A stretch of DNA of 54,110 bases from an uncultured Bacilli bacterium. GTDB lineage: Bacteria; Bacillota_I; Bacilli_A; RF39; UBA660. Below the pieces are notes generated by a model. The model did not search any database, was not told the origin of the DNA, and was given only the letters and a program-made list of their open reading frames with translations. The translations under genes were made by a program, and so were the position numbers. The stretch is taken from the NCBI GenBank assembly GCA_947626855.1, contig CANQTT010000003.1:1-54110 (forward strand), in the 5' to 3' direction. Shown piece after piece: positions 37,401 through 47,790 of this stretch (position 1 is the stretch's first letter; each line of letters opens with the position of its first letter).

Positions 37401-38426
37401 AAAATTATCGATACTTCCACTTGTGACAAAAGCTTCTAGAAAATCATTGTCTTGTAATAGAACATCCGTATTTCTTGGAAAGTATCGAAATGCTATACCA
37501 TCTTTCATTTCCGAAAGAATCGCATTATAATCTTCACTATTTTTCTCGATACTGATATCATCACTCATTATACCCAAAGCTAAATCCAAGCGTCCTACTC
37601 TTTTGAAATGTTCAATGATTTGAGTTTTCTGCTCTTCTGTGAAAATATGGCGAAAAGTGTTAAACCGAACATCTCCAAAAGTAGTTTCATTCAATATTCG
37701 ATTTACTAGATAAGGTACACACTGTGGAGTAATTATAGAATCTTCTGCTAATTTTAAAATGGTTTGAGTTGATAAGCGATCGGCAATCCCACTATCGATG
37801 ACAGTTGCAATACCTTTTCTATGGGCATAATAGTATCTAGAAAATACTTCATTCATACAATTAGAAGGATATTTATCAAAAGGAAAATTATCTAAAATAA
37901 AATCAATATCCGCATCCTTTGGTAAATGACAATCCAAAGTAAAAATTTCATATCTTCCCTCTTCTAATAATCGCTGAATCACACTATTTGATAAATAAAT
38001 TGGTTGATCCGTCTTAGGATTACTAATAAGTTTTTGATAAGCTTCTTCCGTTAAAGATTGATAGATTTCAGAAGGAAGAAGCGTTTTGGATTGTTCAAAA
38101 TTATCAAAATGATAATGATCAATAAACCATCTAGAAATTAAAAGAACTACTTCTTCATCCATTAATTGATCATTATCTTCAAATACAAAAGATAGGAAAG
38201 AGCCAAGATTTACTCGATAAGTAGAATATAAGTTCATGATCTCTTCCCATAATTGGTTCCAATTTACTTTTTTATTTACTACTAAACTTTTAAAAAAGGG
38301 TTGTATAGTTTCATCATTTATTAATAGATACAATTCGCTGGGAGTTAAAGAAAAGTCCCCTCGTTGCATTTTTTCTTGTAATTTTTTGACATTTTCTTCA
38401 TATGTTTCTGTGATTTCTCTATTCAC
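34395..38426 (-). CDS. Giant hypothetical protein (1343 aa), paralog of 38537-42784
   Basis: Long ORF with C-terminal motifs GERTGACMR, NGFHIRF, SRVSGFRNGN shared with its neighbour. Confidence 0.8.
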   Translation of the reverse strand: MNREITETYEENVKKLQEKMQRGDFSLTPSELYLLINDETIQPFFKSLVVNKKVNWNQLWEEIMNLYSTYRVNLGSFLSFVFEDNDQLMDEEVVLLISRWFIDHYHFDNFEQSKTLLPSEIYQSLTEEAYQKLISNPKTDQPIYLSNSVIQRLLEEGRYEIFTLDCHLPKDADIDFILDNFPFDKYPSNCMNEVFSRYYYAHRKGIATVIDSGIADRLSTQTILKLAEDSIITPQCVPYLVNRILNETTFGDVRFNTFRHIFTEEQKTQIIEHFKRVGRLDLALGIMSDDISIEKNSEDYNAILSEMKDGIAFRYFPRNTDVLLQDNDFLEAFVTSGSIDNFGSFSSLPMSEKMRILNLIFREILKGNPYYKKNAFGDFYSDYLFFPEESDIRTIDFDFYDESFLNHVIEMQNAEFQEKIMDMILKIDPMFLENLVNQKKYALFFKIFPFSSQDMFENLSENLQKKLVEAIDQNYLYLEYISKEILIERAIWHNLILLKALLYFPASREKIFEVLNVLGGAPYIFTEEVYEVFKEYFVETKGYNAAHLDALKERFGLKIIQYLEDENIATILKYDNNQFSRLLDLFSQQKMTIDQLRNAYDSVIQYGFPRQHPEIVNSFHNLILSIDQSFDSVIALLNQMEPLWKQIKTLSEQAQHEPNNESLLEYLKSLRAQYEELNKEFKKFGGPEIFLLDSKFYKKFGEEKKGVYAEIAKEYSNPFQLLRMIMSKIKANPEDHSSYLDMLHFITDYYIRVEREIYRAKHNMKQMASDLSLSSHVDSMDARSKLPKFLVSRKVYQEELEQELMSQELSLDLARACIDYFNLHELPKDISKEDFNKIKGKQKIVATFLKNKISQMSEAERQWYYTQMDETKWEYDVPESSTDFLRMLTGLNLKHLGRILSFDEKDEEAKLLYESLKKSLTKSLAIPDALLDFMQKNPINMEVDVYNLSAFISYYSEIYSAEKKKLSSVKKKESEVSFGTTNIFLLAEAYASVSSIYSIILGVEDARLIKSNPPDNSATRKVAHDERLREAITWTRQNYERMEVTVPTFNQTLDVTKTKKLQVIVGNFTNPCNLTHGERTGACMRIGGVGEGLFQFCLADRNGFHIRFQDPETGEYISRVSGFRNGNTVFLNELRYSCNPYLYSDEDIVEACKQIAQLMIERSQEDYERDGWMPIDNVILHKDYAAKSLPTQNLGISNVREGLTLTYCDVKRKDIVLATSRDDNALVPINFDKRRIPSYFPARDNLVEVHSTKEIVPYVRRIDAVQRLMAGENYEYLEFPIMDEKEVRYGFANHDWYLYVDAIGVIHEKIITADPEAKRELERARQKIRDYVLEKGESSSYVI

Positions 38427-38536
38427 ACTATCACCATCCTTGTTTTATTATAGCATAAATTAGTCATAGTTGCTTCGTAACCAGAGGAATACCTCTCATT
38501 TACTATCAAAAAAAGTCATAAAATGACTTTTCCTTT

Positions 38537-41500
38537 TTACCGTGCTTTAGGATGTCTTCCTCTCAAATCTTTAGGAACCTTGCTATTTTCAATTGCCCTT
38601 AATTTTTGTAGTTCCCTTCTCATTTCTTCTTTTGCCATTTGACGTTTAGATTCTGGGAGATTATCTAGTATCTTTGAAAGAATCTGTCCATCTTTCATGA
38701 TACAGATATACCAATCGGCACCTGTAATGATTTGACTTACATCCTCTTCTGATTGTAGAGATACATCCTCTAAGCTTCCACCGGATAATTTTTGATCAAT
38801 GAAACGTAACTGATTTAATCTTCTGACATCCTGGATAGTAACTGGACCTCTTAGTACAGGATACCTCTCTGCTCTCTCTAGTCCAAGTTTCAATGGTTCG
38901 TACTCCTTATCAGAGGAGGTAGTCGCTAAAACCATGGCACTACATTCATCAATATCGGTTGGAAAATAGCCTACTCGAAAATCTTTCTTAAAGTCAATAT
39001 CCATTGGTTCTGTTATGCCAACAAAAGATTGTGCAGGAATTCCGTATCCCTCCCCAATGAAGACATTCTGAACCGGATAACGACTATCTTTTGTCTGTTC
39101 CAGTAAAGTTTGAGCATACAACTTTGTAATCTCTAATAATTCTTCATCTGGATATTCTTCTGGCATTAAGCTACAGCGTAATTGATTACAAAAAACGCTA
39201 TTTCCATTCCGAAATCCTGTAATTCTACTCACTAGTTTTCCGGTCAATGAGTCTTCAAATCGAATATGAAAACCATTTGGGTTTAAAAGAGCTATATGGA
39301 AAAGTTGTTCATCAGCACCATCTAATCGCATACATGCCTCTGTCCTCTCTCCATAGGTTAAATTTATCATACTAGTAGTATCCCCTACTACTACTCTAAG
39401 TTTCTTTCCTTCACTTGTTTCAAATTCTTGAACAGTTGGTGGAATCGTAATAAACTCCCTTTGATACATTTTAGGAACGAGTGATTCTGCGGCTCGAAGT
39501 CGTCTTTTCCCATCCAAACTTCCAGGATAAGGAGTAGGATTTCGCAAAAGAAACTCGTAGTCTACTGCTCCTAGTAATTTAATTAATCTGGAATCTACTG
39601 TCTTCATATAAGCTGTTTTTAAAGTTTTAAACAGAAGTTCATTACTTGAACCTGTTTGGATTTCAGAAGATACTGCCTCAAACTGATTGATTAAAGCAGA
39701 AAATACAGTTGGTGTGCTGTAGTCCGCGACTTGGGCCAATTCTGTTAAATTTTGAAAAATATCATCCCACCCTAGAAAACCATACTTCTGAAAGATTTTC
39801 TTCAATTCTTCTAGCTTTTCAGAATTATGGAGTAACCCAGTATATGGCTCTCCATCCATTCCGAGCTCTTCCCCATTCGCAAATAGCCTATCAAAGTCAA
39901 GGTGCTCTAAAACTTCTAATGCTTGTTTTCCTAAAGTTTCTGGGATAAAAAATTCTACTTCTCCTGTTTTGGCATAAGAATCTAATATTCCTTGACTATA
40001 TAACATTTTTGTTAAGATATTAAAGTTTCGTAAATTTTTCCTAACATCTATTCTTAAAGGAAGCGATGGGTCTTTTCTAAATGCAATAAATTCTCTTAAA
40101 AGATTCTCATCATGAAGGAGAGAAAGCAAACTTTCCTCTAAATCTTTTTCATCCAGTTTCTGATAAAAAGAGAATAATTCCTCGCTCGAAACAGAAGAAA
40201 AAACTTTTTTCATCAATTCTTCTCTAGATAATTTTTTATTTCTGATAGGAAGTGTTAACAAACTATTTTTATTTTGAAGAGCCATATACTGTTCACGATA
40301 CTTTTTAATATAATACATACAAAAAGCATGAACAACTGACATTTTTAAGTCCTGATTTTCTGTTTGCTCTCCTTTTATCATATCCTTACAAATTTTAGTA
40401 ATAACAGCTAAAACTTCCTCCGATGTTGTTACTTGATAACCCATTTTGGAAAGACATTCCTGAACATTAAGACCAATTTCAGCTTCCTTCACCTTTAAAA
40501 ATTCATCGACCAAAAAATCTATTTCATCAACTCGTTTAGAAACATCTTGTAGAAGTTGATTCATACCTGGTTCATTTTTAGTATCTATCATCGATTTCAA
40601 CATTGGAAAAACTTCTATGACATCTCTCCTATTTTGAGTAAACATCTTTTGGACAAAAGCATTATAGACTGTATTTACATTATCATTTGTTAATTTAGAA
40701 CTTCTAAATAATTCCATCAGAGTATTAAAATCTTCTTTTGGTAAAGAAAATAATTTTTTCATATTCTCTGATAGCTTAAAGGATCTTATAGTGTCAATAA
40801 TATTATCAATAATCCAATCACCAAAAATTTTTCTTAAGATTTGTAATCGCTCCGCTGGGATTTGGATCCCTAAATCTTGAATTAGAATGCTCCTATGAAG
40901 AAGTTGAATTTTAGCTTCCACGGAAAGGGAATTAATAATGTTTGTAATTTTTGAAGACTCTAAGTGAGAATGGTTTATCTCTAAATAAGCTAATTTCTCA
41001 TCATCTGTACACAAATCTAAAATATTAATGTTAGGATTTTGATATCTTTGTTGAGAATAAACCTTTAAAAGTTGGTCATGAGGAAGGTCTTGTAGTTCGT
41101 CTATTCCGAGGAGATCATGGGCATGTTCTAATATTTTTAATAGAGCTTCCCTCCTCTTATCCAAAGAAAGATAGTCAAATCTTCGCTCTTGTGGAATAGA
41201 TTCCAATAAAGCCTGCATACAATAACTGCTATAATCGATGGATGTTTCATTTTCTTTTAAGTAAGTCAATTTCTCATCTACTGTACATATCCTTAAAATA
41301 GAAAGGTTACCATTTTGTAAGTAAGCTTTTAAAAGTTCATCATGAGGGATATCCTGAAGTTCTGCCATGCCAAGAAGCGTTCGACTAGACGTTTGAAGAA
41401 TTTTTAAAAAAGTTTCTGAACGTTTTTCTGGGGATAGATATTCAAATCTTCTATTTTCAGGAATTGAAGATAATAAAGATTGAACATAATACCTACTATA

Positions 41501-42784
41501 ATCGATGGATGCTTCATTTTTCTTCAAATAAATCAATTTTTCATCTATCGTACAGATGTCTAAAAGGGCAGAATTCCCATTCCGCAAATAATTCTTTAAA
41601 AGTTCATCGTAAGGTAGTTCTTGTAATTCCTTTGTTCCAAGAAGATAGTCACTAGATGTTTGAAGAATTCTTAAGAATGTTTCTGGACGTTTCTCTGGGG
41701 ATAGATATTCAAACCTTCTATCGGCTGAAATTGAGTTTAATAAATCGATAAAGAGAAAGTCGTCATAATCTATGGATGACTGATTCTCTTTTAAAAAGGC
41801 TATTTTTTCATCGTCTGTACACCAGCTTAGCATTGCATTATTACCATCTTCTAAGTAAAACCCTAAAATCTCATCATAAGGAAGTTCTCGTAATTCACCA
41901 TATCCCAAAAAGGAATTGTTCATTCGAAAAATTTTTGCTAAAGTTTCTGAACGTTTTTCTGGGGATATATATTCAAATCTTCTATATGCAGGAATCGAAG
42001 ATAAGAAATCTAGAATATGAGGATTATAAACGATTGATTCTTCATTTCTCTTTAAATAAGAGATTTTTTCATCTACCGTACAGATTTGTAAAATAATTTT
42101 ATTCGTCATTTGAAAAAAATTATTTTCATCCTGGAAATAAAGTTCTAAAAGTTTATCATGGGGGAGTTCTCGTAATCCAATACCAAGAAGGCCTCGATTG
42201 GCTTGAGCAATTTTTAAGAGAGTTTCTAGACGTTTCTCAGAGGAGATATAGGAAAACCTTCTTTCTATAGAAATAGAATCTAATAGATCCTGAACACGAG
42301 GATTGTTATAATCTATGGATGTTTCATTCGCTTTTAAATATGCTAATCTTTCATCCTCTGTACAAGCTCTTACAAAATAAATGTCCCCTTCTCCACGAAG
42401 AAACCTTTTTAAAAGTTCATCATAGGGAATCATTGGCAGTTGATACCTACTAATAAGAGAACTATTCGCTTGAAAGATTTTTACTAAAGTTTCTTGGCGT
42501 TTTTCCGACGATATATATTCAAATCTCCTTCCTACAGGAATCGTTCCTAAAAGGACTTGAATAAATGGACTACTATAGTCAATTTCCTCTTGATGTTGGC
42601 TCAAAAAAGTCAATCTTCCTTCAATGGACGTCATACCTATTTGATTCCGCAAAGTTTCTACTTCGGTAGTACTTGCATTAGAGAAATTTTGCTCTAAAAA
42701 GTGCAACAATTCTGGTTCATTTCTAATTATTTCAAATTCATCTATCCCATTTTCTGAAATATTTACGTTTCTCTCATCTTTCAT
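38537..42784 (-). CDS. Giant hypothetical protein (1415 aa) with N-terminal ~89-aa tandem repeats
   Basis: Repeats plus C-terminal motifs GERTEACMR, NGFHIRF, SRITGFRNGN. Confidence 0.8.
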   Translation of the reverse strand: MKDERNVNISENGIDEFEIIRNEPELLHFLEQNFSNASTTEVETLRNQIGMTSIEGRLTFLSQHQEEIDYSSPFIQVLLGTIPVGRRFEYISSEKRQETLVKIFQANSSLISRYQLPMIPYDELLKRFLRGEGDIYFVRACTEDERLAYLKANETSIDYNNPRVQDLLDSISIERRFSYISSEKRLETLLKIAQANRGLLGIGLRELPHDKLLELYFQDENNFFQMTNKIILQICTVDEKISYLKRNEESIVYNPHILDFLSSIPAYRRFEYISPEKRSETLAKIFRMNNSFLGYGELRELPYDEILGFYLEDGNNAMLSWCTDDEKIAFLKENQSSIDYDDFLFIDLLNSISADRRFEYLSPEKRPETFLRILQTSSDYLLGTKELQELPYDELLKNYLRNGNSALLDICTIDEKLIYLKKNEASIDYSRYYVQSLLSSIPENRRFEYLSPEKRSETFLKILQTSSRTLLGMAELQDIPHDELLKAYLQNGNLSILRICTVDEKLTYLKENETSIDYSSYCMQALLESIPQERRFDYLSLDKRREALLKILEHAHDLLGIDELQDLPHDQLLKVYSQQRYQNPNINILDLCTDDEKLAYLEINHSHLESSKITNIINSLSVEAKIQLLHRSILIQDLGIQIPAERLQILRKIFGDWIIDNIIDTIRSFKLSENMKKLFSLPKEDFNTLMELFRSSKLTNDNVNTVYNAFVQKMFTQNRRDVIEVFPMLKSMIDTKNEPGMNQLLQDVSKRVDEIDFLVDEFLKVKEAEIGLNVQECLSKMGYQVTTSEEVLAVITKICKDMIKGEQTENQDLKMSVVHAFCMYYIKKYREQYMALQNKNSLLTLPIRNKKLSREELMKKVFSSVSSEELFSFYQKLDEKDLEESLLSLLHDENLLREFIAFRKDPSLPLRIDVRKNLRNFNILTKMLYSQGILDSYAKTGEVEFFIPETLGKQALEVLEHLDFDRLFANGEELGMDGEPYTGLLHNSEKLEELKKIFQKYGFLGWDDIFQNLTELAQVADYSTPTVFSALINQFEAVSSEIQTGSSNELLFKTLKTAYMKTVDSRLIKLLGAVDYEFLLRNPTPYPGSLDGKRRLRAAESLVPKMYQREFITIPPTVQEFETSEGKKLRVVVGDTTSMINLTYGERTEACMRLDGADEQLFHIALLNPNGFHIRFEDSLTGKLVSRITGFRNGNSVFCNQLRCSLMPEEYPDEELLEITKLYAQTLLEQTKDSRYPVQNVFIGEGYGIPAQSFVGITEPMDIDFKKDFRVGYFPTDIDECSAMVLATTSSDKEYEPLKLGLERAERYPVLRGPVTIQDVRRLNQLRFIDQKLSGGSLEDVSLQSEEDVSQIITGADWYICIMKDGQILSKILDNLPESKRQMAKEEMRRELQKLRAIENSKVPKDLRGRHPKAR
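40900..42640 (-). repeat. About 6.5 coding tandem repeats of ~260-280 bp
   Basis: Unit CT.DEK..YLK.NE.SIDY....LL.SI...RRFEY.S.EKR.ET...I....LLG..L.ELP.D.LL, with anchors near 42359, 42077, 41816, 41549, 41282 and 41006. Confidence 0.9.
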
Positions 42785-42937
42785 ATTTTCCCTACCTTAC
42801 TAGCTTATTTATTATCATTATAACGTAAAGACTTTCTCTCGTCAATGAACCTTTTCTTGAATAGAGTATCCAGTTATTCTTAAAGAAAAAGCATCAGAAA
42901 AGGATGATTTTCATCATCCTTATTCTGGCATAAATTC

Positions 42938-44491
42938 CTATCTAGCTTCTTCCATCGCTCTTGTTTCACGAATTACCGTTACTTTAATCGTACCAGGATA
43001 TTGAAGTTGTTCTTCTATTTTATTTTTGATATCACGTGCTACTTTATGACTTGTTAAATCATCAATTTCATCAGGTTTTACAACTACTCTAAGTTCTCTA
43101 CCTGCTTGCATAGCATAAGCCTTATCAACACCAGGAATTTCATTAGCGATATTTTCTAGCTCATGTAATCTCTGAACATAATTCTCCAAAGAATCGTTTC
43201 TAGCACCAGGACGACTCGCAGAAACAGCATCCGCAATAGCGACTAACTCTGCTATCACAGAAGTTGGTTCCGTATCTCCATGATGAGATTCTATGGCATT
43301 AATGACAATATCATTTTCTTTGTAACGTTTTGCTAAAGAACTACCTATCTCAACATGACTTCCTTCCATCTCATGATCAATGGCTTTTCCAATATCATGT
43401 AAGAGACCAGCTCTTTTCGCAAGCATCACATTCTCTCCTAATTCAGCAGCTAAAATACCTGCTAAATGAGCGACTTCAATGGAATGTGTAAGAACATTTT
43501 GACCATAACTAGTTCTAAAATGTAATTTTCCAATGATTTCGATTAACTCAGAATCCATCTTCGTAATGCCCAACTCAAAGAGTGCTGCTTCTCCATATTC
43601 TAATATTTTAGCTTTCATCTCTTTCGCTGTCTTATCATAGATTTCCTCAATACGTGCAGGATGAATTCGTCCATCCTTAATAAGAGTATCAATCGTAATT
43701 CTAGCAATCTCTCTTCTTAAAGGATCAAAACTAGATAATACAATTGCTTCTGGAGTATCATCAATAATTAAGTCTACTCCTGTCACGGCTTCAATCGTTC
43801 GAATATTTCTACCCTCACGACCAATAATTCTACCTTTCATATCTTCGCTTGGTAAATCTACTACGGTAACAGTTTGCTCGGAAGCAACATCACTCGCATA
43901 CTTTTGCATAGAAGAAACTAACATATTTTTAGCATTTCTATCTGCTACTAAGGTAGCCTCTGCTTCTTTTTCTTTAATATAAGAAGCAATTTCTAAAGAC
44001 ATTTCTTCTTCTACTTTTTTCATAACGATTTCTTGAGCTTTTTCTTTGCTATAACCTGCAATCTTTTCCAGTAATTCATATTGTTGTTTTTTTATTTCCT
44101 CCACTTTTGCCTGTTCGTCTTGGATCTCATTTTGTTTATTAACAAGATTATTTTCTTTTTCTTCAAGAAGGGATTCACGATTTTGAAGAGAATCATCCCG
44201 CTTATTCATATTTTCTTCGCGAGAATCTAAGCGTTGTTCTTTCTTTTTTAGTTCCTCTTTTTTCTCTTTAATTTCCTCTTCTGCTTTCGTCGTTAGTTGA
44301 TTAACTTCTTCTTTCGCTTCTGCTAAATAATCTTTTTTTATTTGTTCTGCCTCTAACTTGGCCTTTCCCAATAAATTTTCTATTTTCTCAGCTGTTTTTA
44401 CACCTTTTATATAGTAAAATATAAACATTAAAATTATTCCAACAACAAGTCCAACGAGGACTAGCAAAATGGAGATTAAAATACTTGGCAT
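42938..44491 (-). CDS. rny: Ribonuclease Y
   Basis: TM, coiled coil, KH (KGRIIGREGRNIR), HD (LLHDIGK). Start at MPSILIS behind GGAGG. Confidence 0.96.
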   Translation of the reverse strand: MPSILISILLVLVGLVVGIILMFIFYYIKGVKTAEKIENLLGKAKLEAEQIKKDYLAEAKEEVNQLTTKAEEEIKEKKEELKKKEQRLDSREENMNKRDDSLQNRESLLEEKENNLVNKQNEIQDEQAKVEEIKKQQYELLEKIAGYSKEKAQEIVMKKVEEEMSLEIASYIKEKEAEATLVADRNAKNMLVSSMQKYASDVASEQTVTVVDLPSEDMKGRIIGREGRNIRTIEAVTGVDLIIDDTPEAIVLSSFDPLRREIARITIDTLIKDGRIHPARIEEIYDKTAKEMKAKILEYGEAALFELGITKMDSELIEIIGKLHFRTSYGQNVLTHSIEVAHLAGILAAELGENVMLAKRAGLLHDIGKAIDHEMEGSHVEIGSSLAKRYKENDIVINAIESHHGDTEPTSVIAELVAIADAVSASRPGARNDSLENYVQRLHELENIANEIPGVDKAYAMQAGRELRVVVKPDEIDDLTSHKVARDIKNKIEEQLQYPGTIKVTVIRETRAMEEAR

Positions 44492-44601
44492 TTGTACATC
44501 CTCCATTTCTAATAAATATGGGTGATTATCCATCACTCTACTACTATTGTAAAATGGATTGACAAAGAAGTCAAGGAAAAAGCAAAAGAAATTCTTTTGC
44601 T

Positions 44602-45624
44602 TTATTCTACAACCGTTCCAATCGTTAAGGAATCACTGTTGGCATAGTACTCTCGAACCTTTTGTTCAATTTCTGTGCGTTTCTCTGGATTTTTCCTTAA
44701 CCATTCCTTGACATTTTCTTTACCTTGACCGACTTTTTCACCTTGATAAGCATACCAAGAACCACTCTTTTCCAAAATGCCAGCTTCTCCGCCTAAATCT
44801 ACAATTTCTCCTAAAATAGAAACGCCTTCCCCATACATAATATCTACGCAACAAGTTTTAAAAGGGGGTGCCATCTTATTTTTTACTACTTTAATATTGG
44901 CTTTATTTCCAACGATTTCTGTACCTGACTTAATCTGTTCTCCACGTCTTATTTCCAACCTAACAGAAGCATAAAACTTCAAGGCTCTTCCTCCTGGTGT
45001 CGTTTCTGGATTTCCGTACATAACCCCTACTTTTTCACGAAGTTGATTAATGAAAATACAAACGGTATTCGTTTTATTAATAACGCCAGAAAGTTTTCGA
45101 AGGGCTTGACTCATAAGTCTGGCCTGTAAACCGACATGAGAATCTCCCATTTCCCCTTCTATCTCTGCTTGCGGAACTAAAGCGGCTACAGAATCTATGA
45201 CAATAACACTGATTGCCCCACTTCGAACAAGTGCTTCACAGATTTCTAAAGCTTGTTCTCCATTATCTGGTTGGCTAAGCAAAAGTTCATTAATATTTAC
45301 CCCAATTTTCGCTGCATAAGTTGGATCTAGAGCATGTTCGGCATCAATAAAGGCTGCTCTTCCTCCTCTTTTTTGAGCTTCGGCAATAGCATGAAGAGCA
45401 AACGTCGTTTTTCCACTAGATTCAGGTCCAAATATCTCAATAATTCTTCCTTTTGGATATCCTCCTATTCCTAATGCTACATCTAAAGAAATAGAGCCAC
45501 TCGGAATCGTATCTATTTTTTGGTGTTCATGTTCCCCTAATTTCATGACAGCACCCTTTCCAAATTGTTTTTCGATGTCTGCCATAACTTGATCAAGGGT
45601 TTTATCACCGGTTGTTTTTACCAT
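44602..45624 (-). CDS. recA: Recombinase A
   Basis: [36 protein letters not shown]. Confidence 0.98.
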   Translation of the reverse strand: MVKTTGDKTLDQVMADIEKQFGKGAVMKLGEHEHQKIDTIPSGSISLDVALGIGGYPKGRIIEIFGPESSGKTTFALHAIAEAQKRGGRAAFIDAEHALDPTYAAKIGVNINELLLSQPDNGEQALEICEALVRSGAISVIVIDSVAALVPQAEIEGEMGDSHVGLQARLMSQALRKLSGVINKTNTVCIFINQLREKVGVMYGNPETTPGGRALKFYASVRLEIRRGEQIKSGTEIVGNKANIKVVKNKMAPPFKTCCVDIMYGEGVSILGEIVDLGGEAGILEKSGSWYAYQGEKVGQGKENVKEWLRKNPEKRTEIEQKVREYYANSDSLTIGTVVE

Positions 45625-45655
45625 AAATTTTCCTCCTTCAATTGTTCATAAGCTC

Positions 45656-45707
45656 ATTATACTACTTCCCTAAAGGGTTGTCAATATTTTTATCGAACAA
45701 ATGTATG
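45656..45707 (-). promoter_or_regulatory. recA promoter with LexA/DinR (Cheo)-like box
   Basis: TTGACA-17-TATAAT (45656-45684) and CGAACAAATGTATG at 45694-45707, an imperfect GAAC-N4-GTTC. Confidence 0.7.
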
Positions 45708-45721
45708 TAAAAATAGAAAAC

Positions 45722-46240
45722 TTAAGAATTCAAGTTTTCTATTTTTAAGAATCGATATTTCCTTTTTCTTAATTTCTTCACAATCTTTTTTGTGAAAAAG
45801 AAAAAAAGGAATAAATAAGCACTATTTAAAAAGAAAGAAGAAGTTATACTTTTCCAAAATTTCATAAAATCCCAATGAGCTAATCCTAAGGATAAAAAGA
45901 AAAGAGCAACCGTCACTCGGTATAGAACAATCGTACAAAGACCAATTAGGTAAGTGTTTAAAGCAGAGACTTGAATGGGTTCAAAGACTTTCGCTACCAA
46001 GAAACCAATTCCTAGAAAAAGTAAAGTATTTAAAAAGTAAGTGTTCGTATAAGCAGTATCATAAAAAAATCCTAAGAAGACACACATTCCGTAATAAGAA
46101 GATCTTCTCTTCTTAAAGTAAGGAGCTACAATTACTAAAGATAGTAAAGAAAAAAGAGGTAGAAAGATGGTATTTTCACTTAATACATTTAAAAATACGC
46201 CATCTAATAGATACGATAAAATGACTATCCCATATATCAT
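45722..46240 (-). CDS. mreD: Rod shape-determining protein MreD
   Basis: Polytopic 172-aa protein with GFFYD motif, ATGA-coupled to mreC. Confidence 0.8.
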   Translation of the reverse strand: MIYGIVILSYLLDGVFLNVLSENTIFLPLFSLLSLVIVAPYFKKRRSSYYGMCVFLGFFYDTAYTNTYFLNTLLFLGIGFLVAKVFEPIQVSALNTYLIGLCTIVLYRVTVALFFLSLGLAHWDFMKFWKSITSSFFLNSAYLFLFFFFTKKIVKKLRKRKYRFLKIENLNS

Positions 46241-47091
46241 GATGCTTCCTCCTCACGGATTAAAACAGAAACAAAAGAGATATCATCCGTTTTCATAAAA
46301 GGTTTTACGTATACCACTTTCGCTAAATCAAAGCTATCTGTTTCAATATCTTGTACCGTTCCAATTAGTAAGCCACTTGGAAAACGATCTCCTAAACCAG
46401 TTGTTGTTACTTTCGCATTAATAGGAATTACGACATAATCACTAATTCCTTCAATATAATAACTTCCGGTTTCTGAGTCATATCCTCCTAAAAGGCCATA
46501 AGCATATTCCCCTTCTGAAATTTCAATTTTAATCGATATTTTATTTTCCAGACTAGGATTCGTCAATAATTTTATCGTACTAGTATAAAAACTCGTTTGA
46601 GCGACATATCCAACTAAGCCACCATTTCCAATGACTGCCATATTTTCTTGAATGCCATCTTTACTTCCTTTATCAATGGTAAAAGATTCTAACCAAGTCA
46701 TAGGATCTCTACTAATCACTGTAGCAGATACTTTTTCATATTGTAATAAAGAATGATTAATATCCAATAACTCTTTCAATTTTTGATTTTCTTCCTGCAA
46801 TTCTCGCATTGATTCTTTATATTGATCTATGGATAGATATTCCTTTTGTAAATCATTATATTTTTTATTTAAAACTTCATTTTGATCTAAAATCATCCAC
46901 TTTTCTTTTATATATTGAAAAGGAGTCGCTAAAATATCCCCAACTGTAAGAACCGCATCACGCATTGCTTTTTCTACAAATGTCAGTTTTCTATCTTTAT
47001 CAATAGAATAAGCTGTAAATCCTAAAAGGATAGTGACTAGGACAATGCCGATAAAACCATACTTTTTAAATTTTGACTTCTTCTTTTTCAT
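46237..47091 (-). CDS. mreC: Rod shape-determining protein MreC
   Basis: TM, coiled coil, IDKGSKDGI, GLVG, TTGLG..FPSGL.IG. Confidence 0.92.
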   Translation of the reverse strand: MKKKKSKFKKYGFIGIVLVTILLGFTAYSIDKDRKLTFVEKAMRDAVLTVGDILATPFQYIKEKWMILDQNEVLNKKYNDLQKEYLSIDQYKESMRELQEENQKLKELLDINHSLLQYEKVSATVISRDPMTWLESFTIDKGSKDGIQENMAVIGNGGLVGYVAQTSFYTSTIKLLTNPSLENKISIKIEISEGEYAYGLLGGYDSETGSYYIEGISDYVVIPINAKVTTTGLGDRFPSGLLIGTVQDIETDSFDLAKVVYVKPFMKTDDISFVSVLIREEEAS

Positions 47092-47094
47092 AAC

Positions 47095-47790
47095 TCACCT
47101 AAATTCTTTCAAATCTTGATTTTCTAAAAAACTATAATAATTTTCATGACCAATAATTAAATGATCTAGTAGTGGAATTCCTAAAAGATTTCCAATAGAC
47201 GTTAATCTCTTCGTTATTTCGATATCTTCTTTACTAGGAAAAATATTTCCAGAAGGATGGTTATGTACACAGATAATGGCACTAGCAGAAAGTAAATAAG
47301 CTTCTTTAAAAATCTCCCGAGGATGGACAACACTATAATTGATAGTTCCAATAAAAAGTAATTTATCACGAATAATGTTTTTGGCATTATCTAGATACAC
47401 CACATAAAAATGCTCTTGTTTTTGATTTCTCGTTTTCAAAGAATAGTAATCATAAACCATCTGACTACTCGTTAACTTTTTATTTTTGATATCCGTCTTA
47501 TCTCGTTCAATTCGTTTAGAAAATTCCAAAGCCGATAATAAAGTAGCTGCTTTCGATCTTCCAATTCCTTTCATAGATACTAATTTTTCATAAGGAAAAG
47601 AAGAAAGTTCTTGAAGAGAAGAAACCATCGATAAAATTTGGCTTGCTAATTCCTTCGAAGAAGTATCTTTATATCCTGTTTTTAATAAAATCGCTAACAA
47701 TTCTTCATTGGATAAACTGTCTACTCCGTAGTGTTCTAATTTTTCATAGGGACGTTCTAATTCTGGTAATTGTTTAATCCTCACTGTCAT
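47095..47790 (-). CDS. radC: RadC/JAB domain protein
   Basis: ERPYEKL, HPREIF, HNHPSG, LLDHLI. Confidence 0.94.
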   Translation of the reverse strand: MTVRIKQLPELERPYEKLEHYGVDSLSNEELLAILLKTGYKDTSSKELASQILSMVSSLQELSSFPYEKLVSMKGIGRSKAATLLSALEFSKRIERDKTDIKNKKLTSSQMVYDYYSLKTRNQKQEHFYVVYLDNAKNIIRDKLLFIGTINYSVVHPREIFKEAYLLSASAIICVHNHPSGNIFPSKEDIEITKRLTSIGNLLGIPLLDHLIIGHENYYSFLENQDLKEFR

